From Botryllus schlosseri (taxonomy: Eukaryota), in the NCBI GenBank assembly GCA_051294905.1, contig CM119371.1, positions 9,178,001 to 9,242,000 of the forward strand: 64,000 nucleotides of DNA. Direction: 5' to 3'. This document shows, piece by piece, positions 53,201-64,000 of this stretch. Within the stretch, counting starts at the first letter, position 1, and each line of letters starts with the position of its first letter. The translations under genes and the position numbers were made by a program. A model generated the notes under the pieces. The model was not told the DNA's origin and searched no databases. It saw nothing but the letters and a program-made list of their open reading frames with translations.

Positions 53201-56200
53201 ATTCCCAAATGTGGAGGTGAGACCTCGCGCACACTTCTGTGCTTTCAAGATACTGAAAACTAAGAACCTAGATTTGAAATGAAGATAACTTGATTTTGTT
53301 GTATTCTTTGTAATTCGGAATTAATTCAATTTCCATGTTTTGTGAAATTGATATCTGAATAGAATTCTGATCTAATTTCAAAAAGCTGATATATTTCCAG
53401 TTGTGCAAATCTGGTAGAGAAGTGGGCCTGTCTTGTGGGCCTATGCTTCGATGACTCTGTTATATCAAGATTCCATCTATCGCCCGCTTATCCATAGATC
53501 GTAATACACTGAATTGCATTTTTGTCGTGTATGTTATTGATGGATCGACAAGATAGCGTGATGGTGAAGCGTCCGGCATCTTGGTCGGTAGGTCGTGGAT
53601 TCAATGCCCGGACAGAACAGACCAAAGCAGGGTTGTAACCAAGTCACATGGTTCCGAGTCACGAGTCAATCTGACTTTTGTGGTTTTGACTCGAGTCGAG
53701 TCGAGTCATTTTCAATTCATCACCGAGTCGAGTCCGAGTCCAAGTCACCGTTTTAAGCCTCAAGTCCGAGTCATAGTGTTATGACTCGAGTCCGAGTCCA
53801 AGTCACAGTATTGAAGTCGTGTTCAACTTATTGTTTCAATCCTGCTTGGGTGATATCGAATTCCTTGCTTGCCAAACATGCTTATTTTGTCCCTATCATA
53901 GAGACAGAGAGAGAGATAATATTCTTTTTCGCCTGCACCATCGAGATGCTTTGACGACGGAATTGCGATACGGCCCATGATGTCATCTAGTCAGTGTCAT
54001 CGTTTCTTTTTCTCCTCCATGCTATCCGTGATTGCTGAGCGCCTAGCAGGATAGCTGCGGATACCAATTCTCGAGTCTTTGGTATGACCCGGCCGGGGAT
54101 CGACGACCTACCGCTCGAGAAGCCGGACGCATAACCATTACACTATCTCGCTAGTCTTGGCAACAGATAAACGTTTATGTAGAGGTACAGTTTTGCTTTC
54201 ACATTATATCAGGTGGTTGACCAGAAAAAGGTCAACTTTCCTGCTCAGCTCCTGAAATAGACGCCGGAGCGTTACTTTAGTGCTGATTTACTGTTATCTT
54301 AGTCGAATTTGCCCTACATTTACCAAAAATTCTCAAAAATGAGGACAAAATCTCAAAATGGAGGCTACTTCTTAAAATTGTTAGATTATCTAAAAGAACT
54401 TAAATTTGGCTCAATTCCAACCAGTAGAAAGCAATGCTAAGAGAAAATATTTTGGATTAATTACAAATAGAGACTTTCGAATTTTACCGGCTACCTCATG
54501 ATATTGTTAGATTGTGTAAATATATGATTCATAGCAAATTTGGCTCAATTCCAACTAGAAGAAGCGAAGGTAATAGAGTGGAATATTTTGGATATGGAAA
54601 AATTGTCGACTTACTATTAGTATGTAATTATATTATATGAAGTCATTTCTCACTAAAAATACTCCACGTATTTTCAAATCCAAAATTTTCTCCTGTCATA
54701 TCATTGATTCCACTTTTTAAAATTAAGCCAGATTCAGTGTTCTTTTTATGCAACGTAACAATTTTATCAAGTAGCCACCCAGTAGAATAAAAAAGAAGTT
54801 ATTTTTGATCAGCCTTATTGTACAAAAATCACACAACATTGGCCATTCATTGTTACTCACGTGCACAATGCACATACCTAACAAAACGTCAAATGGACGG
54901 AGGGTATTGTGTGTTTTCACAGACAGCAGATCAAGTCAATGAGTTACACTTTAAAAATACTGAAGTGGAAAGGAGATTCTCATATATGTTATAGCGGCAT
55001 GACCTTAGAATAATCCACATCCACTGGATACACGTTCCATTGGTGCATTAGATGCAGGAATTGAAAAGCAATTTTGAACCACACTGAAGAGCATTAGATA
55101 CTCATCCATTCTAGTCGCCCAAAAATGCAAAGAATCATCGCCTTCAAATCTACACATGAGCTTATCAGTCTCTTCCAAGTAGGCTACTTGACCATCTGAG
55201 TCATTTCATTGGCTCTAATTGAACTTTGCTTCGATTGTTTGCTTGTATAATTTAAAAGTCTTGAGTACTTTGATGGTGGAGGATCTATTACCTCTGCATC
55301 ACTGGATGATTTTGTACAATGCTTTGCTACTATGTACCATTGTCTTTTGTTTTTACGGCGGCATATCTGATATCAGACGAGTGCAACGAAAGCAGTGGTG
55401 ACAAATAGCGATGTCGACAGAATTCGTCACATGCGTTGATCTAACCATTGTGATTCGCAAATTTCTTCACCTTCAAGTCATGTAAAATAAGCCGAGTCAA
55501 TGACTTGAGTCGAGTCATGCGTAATGACTCGAGTACAAGTCGAGTCAATCCAAATAATGACTCGAGTCGAGTCGAGTCATTTTCCCATTTCAAGAAAATG
55601 ACTCGAGTCAAGTCGAGTCACAAAAAAATCGCGACTCGAGTCTGATTCGAGTCGAGTCATGACTCGAGTCATTACAACCCTGGACCAAAGACCTAATTAA
55701 TAACACTGGTATCCATGACTTCCCCGCTTGGATAACACAGAGGGGTGCTGCAAGACTTACAACGTCATGGTATGCATATGCACAGATCGTGTCACGAGTT
55801 GGTGTATATGCCGCCGAAACATCCAGAACAAAAATAGCCTACGTAACGTCCTTTCCTTAGTATATTTGCAAGGTTGATTATTAAAGATTTCGTTGCTGTC
55901 TCTCTCTTTCTCTCTATCTCATTCACACACATATACAATAATTTATTGTTACAGAACCCGACTGCTCAATTTTACCGTCTCTTTTCCCTAACGTGATCAC
56001 GGAGTGTTCGCGCATTCCGAATCGTGGGACCGGCAGGATGTGCTCGTTCTCTTGCGAAGAAGGCTACGAAATTGACGGCCCCACGCGAACGTTCTGCTAC
56101 GAAGGAAACAGTTGGACCAGTAATTCGCCGACGTGCCGACGTGAGTAGCATTTAAAATCGCAAAACACAGAACGTATAGTTACGCGTGACCGTTCCACAG

Positions 56201-58733
56201 AACTGGTCAAAGTTGTCAGATTCGCTACTCAAGTAAGAGAAACGACATATATATCTGCTTAATTACAAGTATAGACCTACCGATTTCCGAAATATGTCAA
56301 AACTATACTTAAACTGGAACAAGGACAGCCTGAAAAGAACTCAGGCCGTTCCAAAAGGTAGATTTGGTCAAGGGGTCACGTGGGTTTGGGAGTTCAAAGG
56401 GGCACTGCACCAGAGTTGGAGTAATTACAATAATTCAGTTCCATTACAATTAAAATTACAATTACTCAATACCAAAAATCTCAAATTACAATTACAATTA
56501 TTGTTAAGCATGTAATTTATTATAATTACAATTACAACTACTGTTAAACATGTAATTGATGCGGTAGAGAGGTGCTCTTTGACAACCGTAGCGACGTAAT
56601 TAGTAACAATCTCAAGCTATTCATGTTTTATTCACGATACGTAGAATACCCTTTAATTAAAAAAAATGTTTTAAACAAAAACCTTTTAAAAAATGTGTCT
56701 TTTTAAGTTGTAAAATTATGCCATGATTGTGTAAATACTATCCAAAAAACATGTTGTATGAGCCTACTGACAATTACCACCCGATTTAGCCATTGTTTAT
56801 CGATATGAGATGGTTGTAACCCTCAGAATAGTCGGTTCAACAGTTATATTATAGATATTTTGTCAAAGGAACTATATTTACCCAAATATTTTCAATTGTC
56901 AATGCCAATCTACTATGACGTGACAATTGAATATTCGTGACGTCGTGGCTAAAAAAAGAAACAATAAAAAACATGTTTCAAGTTAAGGCCTTGTTTGAAA
57001 ACATTTTTGTTTTAAATGCGACCCTAATGATAGCTGTTTTAGTTGCTATGGCAATTTCAGTCAAAATCGATACAAACCTGTTCCAAAGCTAATTTTACCT
57101 TTCAAAATTTAAAGTGCCGAACATACGGTGATTTTCAAGTAGAAGGGCTAGTGTGTAAAAACAAGCACATGTGCAGGCAGTGTAAGTACTCGAATAAATA
57201 AGTGCCTTGATACTGACAATCTTTGCTGTTTCAAGGGATCAGATGTCAATCGCCTTTGCTTTCTCTGAGGAACGGATTCGTCCGATGCTCCGAACGAGAC
57301 TACTACGGCTCTGTCTGCACATTTTCGTGCGGCAACGGATACATGCTGCGCGGGTCCCAGAATAGCACCTGCGGATTCAAGCGATGGTCCGATGAATTTC
57401 CGATTTGCAAAGGTATGAAAAATAGTTATATATATTGACGACTGGGCAAAATCGAACACCCGAGTGATTTGATTCTGAAGTTTTATACATCGAGTCAAGT
57501 ATTCGAGTACTGCTGGTCATTATGACGTAATAATAGTATGTAGGGTGTAGAGACGTCGAAGGTACTTTTTATGTGACTATAAAAAATATAAAGTTAGTTC
57601 AACTTCACGTTTGAGATCCTTCGGTATTTTTCGATTGGGACCATTCCATTGCACTCTGTGTGGGTTCTATGGGTTGGTCACGACTGCACATATATGTTGT
57701 TACCAGTAACTGCGTAGCTTTGCACTACATATTATCAGGGTTGTGGTCACAAGGTTCCGAGTCACAAGTCAATCTCACTTTTACAGTTTTGACTCGTGTC
57801 ATTTTCAATTCACCACCGAGTCCAGTCCGAGTCCAAATCCCGGAATGGAGTGTCGAGTCAGAGTCATCGTGTTTTGACTTGAGTCCGAGTCCGTGCCATA
57901 GTGTTTTTGTTCAGTTCCGAGTTAATGTCATGTAAAATCCCCTTTTCACAACTCTGCTCTATGATATCGAATGCTTCGTATTTATAATATGCTCATTTTC
58001 CTCACTTTTATCAGTTTCTTATAGCATTTTCAAGTACCAGTACTGATAGACGAAATAATAATAGTGTGATAACTTTACTATTCTTCGAAATTACAAGGAA
58101 ATGCCTGTCTAGGTAGACCCAGTCAAAGTCATATGACTTGGTCTGAGTCATGCGCAATGACTCGAGTACAAGTAGAATCAATACACAAATTGACTCAAGT
58201 CGAGTCATTTTTCATTTTTATGAAAATGATTAGAGTCAGGTCGAGTCACTAGCAAATCATGACTGGAGTCATACAACCCCGCAAATTATGTATATATTGC
58301 TTCCACAGGGGAAATATTTTAAAAAACTTTACTTCTCGTTGATACGTTAACTGTTAGTGGCATGGAGCGCGTAATTTCAGCACTCCGAAATATCTCTCAC
58401 AACTCCACTGGAACGGTTAAAATTAGTACTCGATTTAGATTCGAGTGCTGGAATCATTTTGCTCAGCCCTATGCGTTGGCTAGCATTCGCGAATATTCAT
58501 TTCATTCTCAGCAATCCGATGTCCGCTCATTCGCCATTTCAACGGGCTATACTCATGCAACCGGGGGCAGAATTTTAGGAGCATCTGTCGTTTATCGTGT
58601 CTTCGTGGGTTTGGGTTTGAGGAAGGGGTAAATACGAGGCTGCAATGTGTGGGCAAGACAGAGGAGGAGCTGGAGGGGTGGCCGGAGAACGCGATGCTCG
58701 GTCGTTGGAGTTCAAGAGTACCGCGTTGCGTGG
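39805..58733 (+). CDS. Gene 2 (3'-truncated by window): secreted/surface protein, signal peptide + fibronectin type III + Ly6/uPAR-like Cys-rich domain + at least 6 Sushi/CCP domains
   Basis: Exons 39805-39986, 40959-41067, 41127-41247, 42884-43064, 43594-43667, 43735-43917, 47330-47447, 48674-48756, 53040-53216, 55955-56140, 57236-57412, 58512-58733 splice in one open frame with consistent phases. Confidence 0.85.
40566..40870. repeat. Degenerate ~36-bp tandem repeat (caactagaantagaactactcacttttcaaaactcg) in gene 2 intron 1
   Basis: About 8 imperfect units visible. Confidence 0.8.
42884..43917 (+). CDS. Gene 2 exons 4-6: Ly6/uPAR-like domain body and first Sushi domain
   Basis: QCKGPDKEFECPYDKDACLNEVR...ITKRC...CRCMCRSNLCN then ECFKELPSPDNSYIRC...WSVLNPPECV; exon 6 donor is at 43918 or 43912 (both phase 1). 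Confidence 0.85.
44704..46121. mobile_element. hAT-like MITE containing a partial family Y copy (about 45195-45800)
   Basis: TIR CAATGTTCCCTCTAA, perfect TSD attgtgat. Confidence 0.9.
46297..47219 (-). mobile_element. hAT-like MITE (GACTCGAGTC family)
   Basis: TIR CAGTGTTGG, TSD ccttgcat/cctcacat; homologous to 36704-37669. Confidence 0.8.
47330..48756 (+). CDS. Gene 2 exons 7-8: one Sushi domain split by a phase-2 intron (47330-47447, 48674-48756)
   Basis: CPPLEPDENGLISCTKGNRPGSVCTFRCYP|NSRLHGSTVRECDGVTSKWSGIRATCE. Confidence 0.85.
50767..52055 (+). mobile_element. hAT-like element family V, copy 3, nested in a Buster-type MITE (50676-52509)
   Basis: Perfect TSD caaataga; outer element TIR caggggtcgccaac/gttggtgactcctg. 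Confidence 0.9.
53040..53216 (+). CDS. Gene 2 Sushi exon
   Basis: ITCSVIEERDGLTKHCTGKETIGSVCDFSCPKNKKLLGSRRLTCQATGSWSATIPKCG; AG/GT, 177 bp, phase 1-1. Confidence 0.9.
53628..55682. mobile_element. hAT-like element (CAGGGTTGTAA TIR, GACTCGAGTC arrays) inserted into a tRNA-SINE and carrying a related SINE copy (about 54021-54152, minus)
   Basis: Perfect TSD gaccaaag; shorter relatives at 47886-48417, about 50129-50657 and about 57736-58281. Confidence 0.85.
55955..56140 (+). CDS. Gene 2 Sushi exon (absent from ORF track)
   Basis: PDCSILPSLFPNVITECSRIPNRGTGRMCSFSCEEGYEIDGPTRTFCYEGNSWTSNSPTCR; tacAG / GTGAGT, phase 1-1. Confidence 0.9.
57236..57412 (+). CDS. Gene 2 Sushi exon
   Basis: IRCQSPLLSLRNGFVRCSERDYYGSVCTFSCGNGYMLRGSQNSTCGFKRWSDEFPICK; phase 1-1. 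Confidence 0.9.
58512..58733 (+). CDS. Gene 2 Sushi exon with acidic loop insertion
   Basis: IRCPLIRHFNGLYSC...SICRLSCLRGFGFEEGVNTRLQCVGKTEEELEGWPENAMLGRWSSRVPRCV; ctcAG / GTGAGT, phase 1-1. Confidence 0.85.
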
Positions 58734-59207
58734 GTGAGTCGAAGGGATTAGCGGGTATATTATCTTCGAAGCTGAATCAAGATTTTTTTTTCATGTCTAC
58801 ATTCACGTTCCAATCCGGTAATGTCTGGAATTTGTTCAAAATTTGCATAAAAATTGACGATGATTAGAAATATCATTTCGGCTCCCGATTTCGCTTGATT
58901 TTCAAATTTTCTTCTATCAGTGATCGGTTGTCCGCGTCCGCAACCTAATAATCATACGATAATCCGTTCGCCATTGTATCGCTATATAAACTTTCATGGT
59001 GGCTTTGTTTTGTAATATCTTTAGCTTTTTGATATGCTTCCTGTAAGAACATCCCCATACTATCATTCAATATGTTAGATGACAGTGGATGTGTGCATAA
59101 TAAACAGGTAAGAGAAGTGATAATGTAATCAGCCTCTTGAGGCGATAGATTGCACCAATGCCTTGAGATAATTTGCTTGCTACGTAGTTAATGCGATGGC
59201 CCTAGAC

Positions 59208-60360
59208 CAGAGGTCGCAAACATGCGGCCCGCTAGAAAATTTTGTGCGGCTCGCGACGGCATTTTGGATTTCGAAGTATTCGACGATATTTACCCACCCA
59301 TTCTTTTTAATTTAAGAACCAAAAATTTGCTCTAAAACTACTCCAGAAGCCTGAAACTAGTCATCAAAGTTCACTATTACATCTCTTTCAAAAGTTATAC
59401 GACGCAGTGGAAGATTGCGTATTACGTGAACAATACAATTTTCATGATGATTACATGACCCGTTGATGATTCGTATACTGTAAATTGTGATTTGGACTTG
59501 GGGGCGCCTTTTTGTAGAATTACTCGAATTCAGACTCAATGAGTGACAAAATAAAACTGACTCGAGTCGAGTCGCGTCAAAGGATACAATCAGAGAATAA
59601 CTTTTGAAACAACCACGAACGCAACAAACAGTCAAATTGGTATGGAAAATTGTAAAATATCAAAAGGTTGTAGCTTGCGTTCCGTAGCTTATTTAGATAT
59701 CCAAGCAGGTCGATATGGCAACCATTGGCATTATATTGATTTATTGTTAATTACAACCTGTGTCATATATCTTTTGTAGCTTTATCCATGTTATTTTCGC
59801 CAATTAAATGTGGCGAGTATAAAGTAGTCGCTTAACAGCTGTAACACGAATGGATGCTTCGGCGATTGGAATTTTTCATTGATATGGCAGAGTAATCGCT
59901 ATATTCAAGTTCGTATTGATCTGTTCAAATATTCGACGGTAAATGTAATGCTGATTCAATTTGACTTTGGTAATGACTTGATCATTGGCCTAGTTATCAG
60001 GAGTTTCCCTGAAACCAGGATTAGGCTACACTACTCCAATGCTCTGATATCAGATCAATCTTTGTAAAATTCTAACATTCTACCTATAATTGCGGCACGT
60101 CAAATGTCCGCTAGCTGCAAAATTATGACGCGACAGCTTTTACGGTGCACTGATGCATGCTTATTTTTCGTGACAGGCGTGACTTCACAATAGTAAATAA
60201 CATTTTTACGATGCATGTGGAATATCAGTCTGCAAGGTCCTGTCAAATAAGGCCTACTTGGAAATACATTGAATTCGGCTAATTTATTGATGCTGCGGTC
60301 TGCGTCGCCTTCAAAAAGTTGGAAATTGGCCCGCGAGCACATGTGACCTTGAGACCTCTG
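59208..60360. mobile_element. Buster-type hAT non-autonomous element
   Basis: TIR cagaggtc/gacctctg, perfect TSD ccctagac. Confidence 0.8.
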
Positions 60361-60769
60361 CCCTAGACTATACTATCATAAATGATAATGCGCAGATACT
60401 TGACAAATTGACTGCTTTTATTCAAAGAGTCATTTAGTTTGAATTCTTCAGTCGCGTCAGTAAGAGATCCGTTACGGTCCCCGCTAGAATATGCGTTTTG
60501 AGAGGATTGCTGTGTAATTTGATTGAAGTCACTTAATTGCCAACAGAGGCTAGCTCAGAGTTAGTATTGTCAATTGCGGAGTGGCGGATGTATAGTCAAA
60601 TAAAAATGTGATAATGCTACATCATCTGCAAAGAGTGTAATACTTTCTGGGAGGAGTAGACGACAATATTCATAAATATCATGAATAATAAAGGCACTAT
60701 CATATAGCTATATCGTACACCTATAGTTACTGACTGTTCAAATGACTTAATTTATTCGAATTTAACAAG

Positions 60770-61690
60770 GTGAGATCGATTGCTCAGGAAAGAGTGGAAA
60801 AGTTTTTTTTGTCAATTCCATGTGCATCGTAAAATTCAAGTTTTCTCATTATGATAGTATGATCAAGGGTGTCAAACCCCCTTTGCAGGTCGATAAACAC
60901 CCAAAATCGGGTTTGATTCGCGCCTAATGTATCATATATTTTGGGCTCTTATAAACATCTGCTTGAGAGGTAGTATGATTCTGTCGAGATCCGAATTAAC
61001 AGTTATTTAGCAAAAGAAATGATTTTGTCTTTGAAGTAGTAATGTTTCGAAGATAGATAATCACCGGTATTTTGAGATAATTTCTCCGTCACCAGTTTCG
61101 AATATAGGGATGGCCATAGCTTTGTGGGATAGTTTGGTAAGCTGCCTAAATGTTTTGAGTTATAAAAGGGGGATGCTTAAGTGACACTTAGTCGGGTGCC
61201 AAATAATTAAACAATACAATTTGGTAGTAAATCATAATCTTGAGATCTCCTGTTTTCTAGGTATGCAAGAAAAGTTGTGATCTCCGCATCAGTGATAAGT
61301 TTCATAAAGATTGAAGATTTTTGTGAAAGGCCAGAAGTTTGCGTTGACGGAGAAGTTTCACATATGTCACGTTGATCAGTTTTAGTTTGACCAGATTCAG
61401 AGGCTATGCTTGTGTTTGGTGCAGTAGTATTTTTGCCACGATTTATTATTTCACCAATAATTTCCCAAGCGTTTTTTGATTATTTTTCAGTTGAGAATTG
61501 TTGTTATTTTGCAATAAAGTTGCTTGACTTTTATTTCGACTTTGGAAAGTAGATTTACCTAGGACTTGTAATGAGAGAGGATGCCTGCAAAAAATAGTAA
61601 TAGGTATTTATGGAGCTTATTTCTGGTACGCATCGATGTCAAGATGTCGTTACTGCTATAAATGCGTCCGACCCAGACATATGCGATGTG
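60770..61690 (-). pseudogene. Decayed LINE (CR1/L2-like) ORF2 fragment: linker and N-terminal reverse transcriptase region
   Basis: Minus strand relics NAWEIIGEIINR, AIPIFETGD..ISKYR, FGSRQNHTTSQA, FIDLQRGFDTLDHTIIMRKLEFY, FHSFLSNR with stops and frameshifts. Confidence 0.8.
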
Positions 61691-61843
61691 GCAGTGTTTC
61701 CATGTATGGCGAGGCCCGATGCTAAGTATCTATGTTGGAGTAAAGGGTCATTGGTAGGCGCAAAGTGACCTCGAATCGAACAGAATTTCTATCTAGCATT
61801 GGTTATGAAATCATGTGTGAAGTCATTTCGTGAAGTTCACGTC

Positions 61844-63033
61844 TAGGGTTGGATTATCCGGATAACGGTTAACCGGTTAACCGCAGGCCTTTTTACTCTC
61901 CGATATCCGGATATAAATCTACCGGTTAACCGGATAAAAATGTATCGTTAATAATGTGTTTTAAACTTTTAGGAAGCTTCAATGAGTCGTATTATCAGTG
62001 TTTCGCGCGGCCAATTATCGAGAAGCGTGTCGCCAATTAGCTGAATACGTCAATGCACTGTGTAACGCGACGCAATCTCCCGCTGAAAAGTTCGGCAAAT
62101 TAGGTCATTGATTGCCGTGAACTCGGCTATCGTTGCTGGCCTGATTTTTCGAGTCTTCAACAAGCCAATAGTTCCGCTGGCAGAATCACATCTGCAATAG
62201 GCTCTGTGGACATTATACCATCACTGGCCTACATAATCGCATCTGCATTGCCTTGGTGCTCACGATATTATCGCCGGCCTGCACAATCGCATCTGCAATA
62301 GGCATGGTACGAACGATATCATCGCTGGCCTAACCATAGTCTCGGGCCTGGCATGCGTAGGCTCCTATCTCTTGGTGGCTTGGAGACAATACGCCGCTGG
62401 GATTATTATGATCAGCGATTGTGATTAATGAGTGACATTGCGAAACTGAATGACATCGAATGTTCGCATTCTGGAAACATGTTCGTGCGTGCAAGCGTAA
62501 TTGATATCCGCTGATACTAAATTCGAAATAAAATCGAAACCACCTCGTTTTATTTAACCCCCCCCCTTATTTTTCGGCTTGCTACGGGCCTGATCATGTG
62601 AATTTCTCATGGCGGAATTAGAGCGAGCTATCATGTCGGCCCCAATTCCGGTATCAGCCACTCGTCCTTCCATTACTGGACACCTAAACACAAGAATGGA
62701 CAAATAGGAAGCGCTGCTTACTATATTCAGCCTTGCTTACTATAATTCAGCCCATTTTGTGGAAGCATAAAGAGCATTTAATACGTGTGGACTCTTTGTT
62801 ACAAAACTCCGGTCCTGGCTACAGGATGCCACAATTGATGTGGTGTGCTCTATAAGTAGGGAGCTGCATTTACACTGTGTAATGATTTTGCGATAAATTT
62901 TTCATGCAGACCTCGTGAAATCGATTATCTCACTTAGGATTCACTATCCGGTTAACCAGTTAGCTAAATTCCAAATATACCGATATATCCGTTATCCGGA
63001 TAGTGAAAATTATTGATATCCGAACTAACCCTA
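61844..63033. mobile_element. hAT-like MITE with CCGGTTAACCGG/ATCCGGATA subterminal motifs
   Basis: TIR TAGGGTT/AACCCTA, TSD ttcacgtc/gtcacgtc. Confidence 0.75.
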
Positions 63034-64000
63034 GTCACGTCGCGATGAATGACATTCTACGAATCGCAATGGACATATTTTTATTATTATGACTACTACT
63101 TCTCAATATCTTATCCGTACAAGACCGTGAACAGAAAGAAAAACAGCTTTCCAATGCAACTCCTCATCTAGATTTAGGATTAAATTACTGTGACACCATG
63201 GTATTCTCGAACGTCACCGACCTTGCGAGTTTAGCAAAGTGTCCGTCAAGATTGCATGCATTCATGGAGTATCTGAAATAAGACATAACATGATCTCACG
63301 GCTCCTATTTTTGAAATAGTGTGTTTACACTCATACAACGGTTAAATTACAATATCTTCTATAAATCGATTACACTTGACTGTTCTGTCAACTGTAATCA
63401 TCGATATTCATTTTCTCACAGCGATTGCTTCGCACTGCCGTCCGAGTATCTGACAGCTTTTCCCTCTATCATTGGCATACCGCGAACAGCGTTTGTTTGT
63501 TTGATATTCATGGTGTTTCGACTGCATTGGTAATTTCACACCAGGCCGATTGTCTTCTTATTTTCAATTCCATATTTAACGACTTGGAGCACGGCCCACT
63601 TCTATGCTTTTGAAAGACATCGCTTGCACAGATTACGTGCCCAGGCGAACGGTGTTATGTATCAGGTTACAATACTTTCACGCTACGGACCAAGTCGATT
63701 AACCTAATAGTAACATTTGGAAAATTTAGCAGTTGTAATTGCATAAAATATGGAATTTATTCATATAATGTATTCCACAACATTGCTGGTAATTATTGGA
63801 GACGGAATCGGCATTTCACAATCGGCAATTACGAGCCGCAACCTCCGCTAGCCACGCCATTGCACACGGCATACCTTGGCAGCAGTTACAGTAGTCCAAT
63901 TGCTTGCAACCAGCGGTGGCCAAGACAGGCGTGTAATCACATATCATATGTACAAATTGAGAGCGTGTCATGACCTCCATGGAACCCTGGTGAATCCCGT

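Overview
Eukaryotic, AT-rich, intron- and transposon-dense genomic DNA; short ~60-bp introns plus the gene types suggest a marine invertebrate, possibly a tunicate (inference only). Most ORF-track entries are spurious. Two multi-exon + strand genes were assembled by hand from splice signals and phase. Gene 1 (3' part, 2943-21931) encodes ten six-cysteine selectin-type Sushi/CCP domains. Nine of these come from a recent tandem triplication of a four-exon cassette, and the third copy appears to end the protein where the GT donor is GC and a stop follows. Gene 2 (5' part, 39805 to beyond 58733) encodes signal peptide + FN3 + Ly6/uPAR (three-finger)-like Cys-rich domain + at least six Sushi domains, with one GC-AG intron. 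Between them lies a young P-superfamily transposon (26194-28686, 261-bp TIRs, 7-bp TSD). Its spliced transposase remnant stops about 65 aa after the catalytic Glu, while a module resembling the P-transposase C-terminal domain sits upstream, suggesting a split or permuted P element. The rest is nested hAT MITEs (up to four levels deep), tRNA-derived SINEs, Penelope-like GIY-YIG and foldback remnants with hammerhead-like motifs, a decayed Tc1/mariner-type element and a decayed LINE RT.
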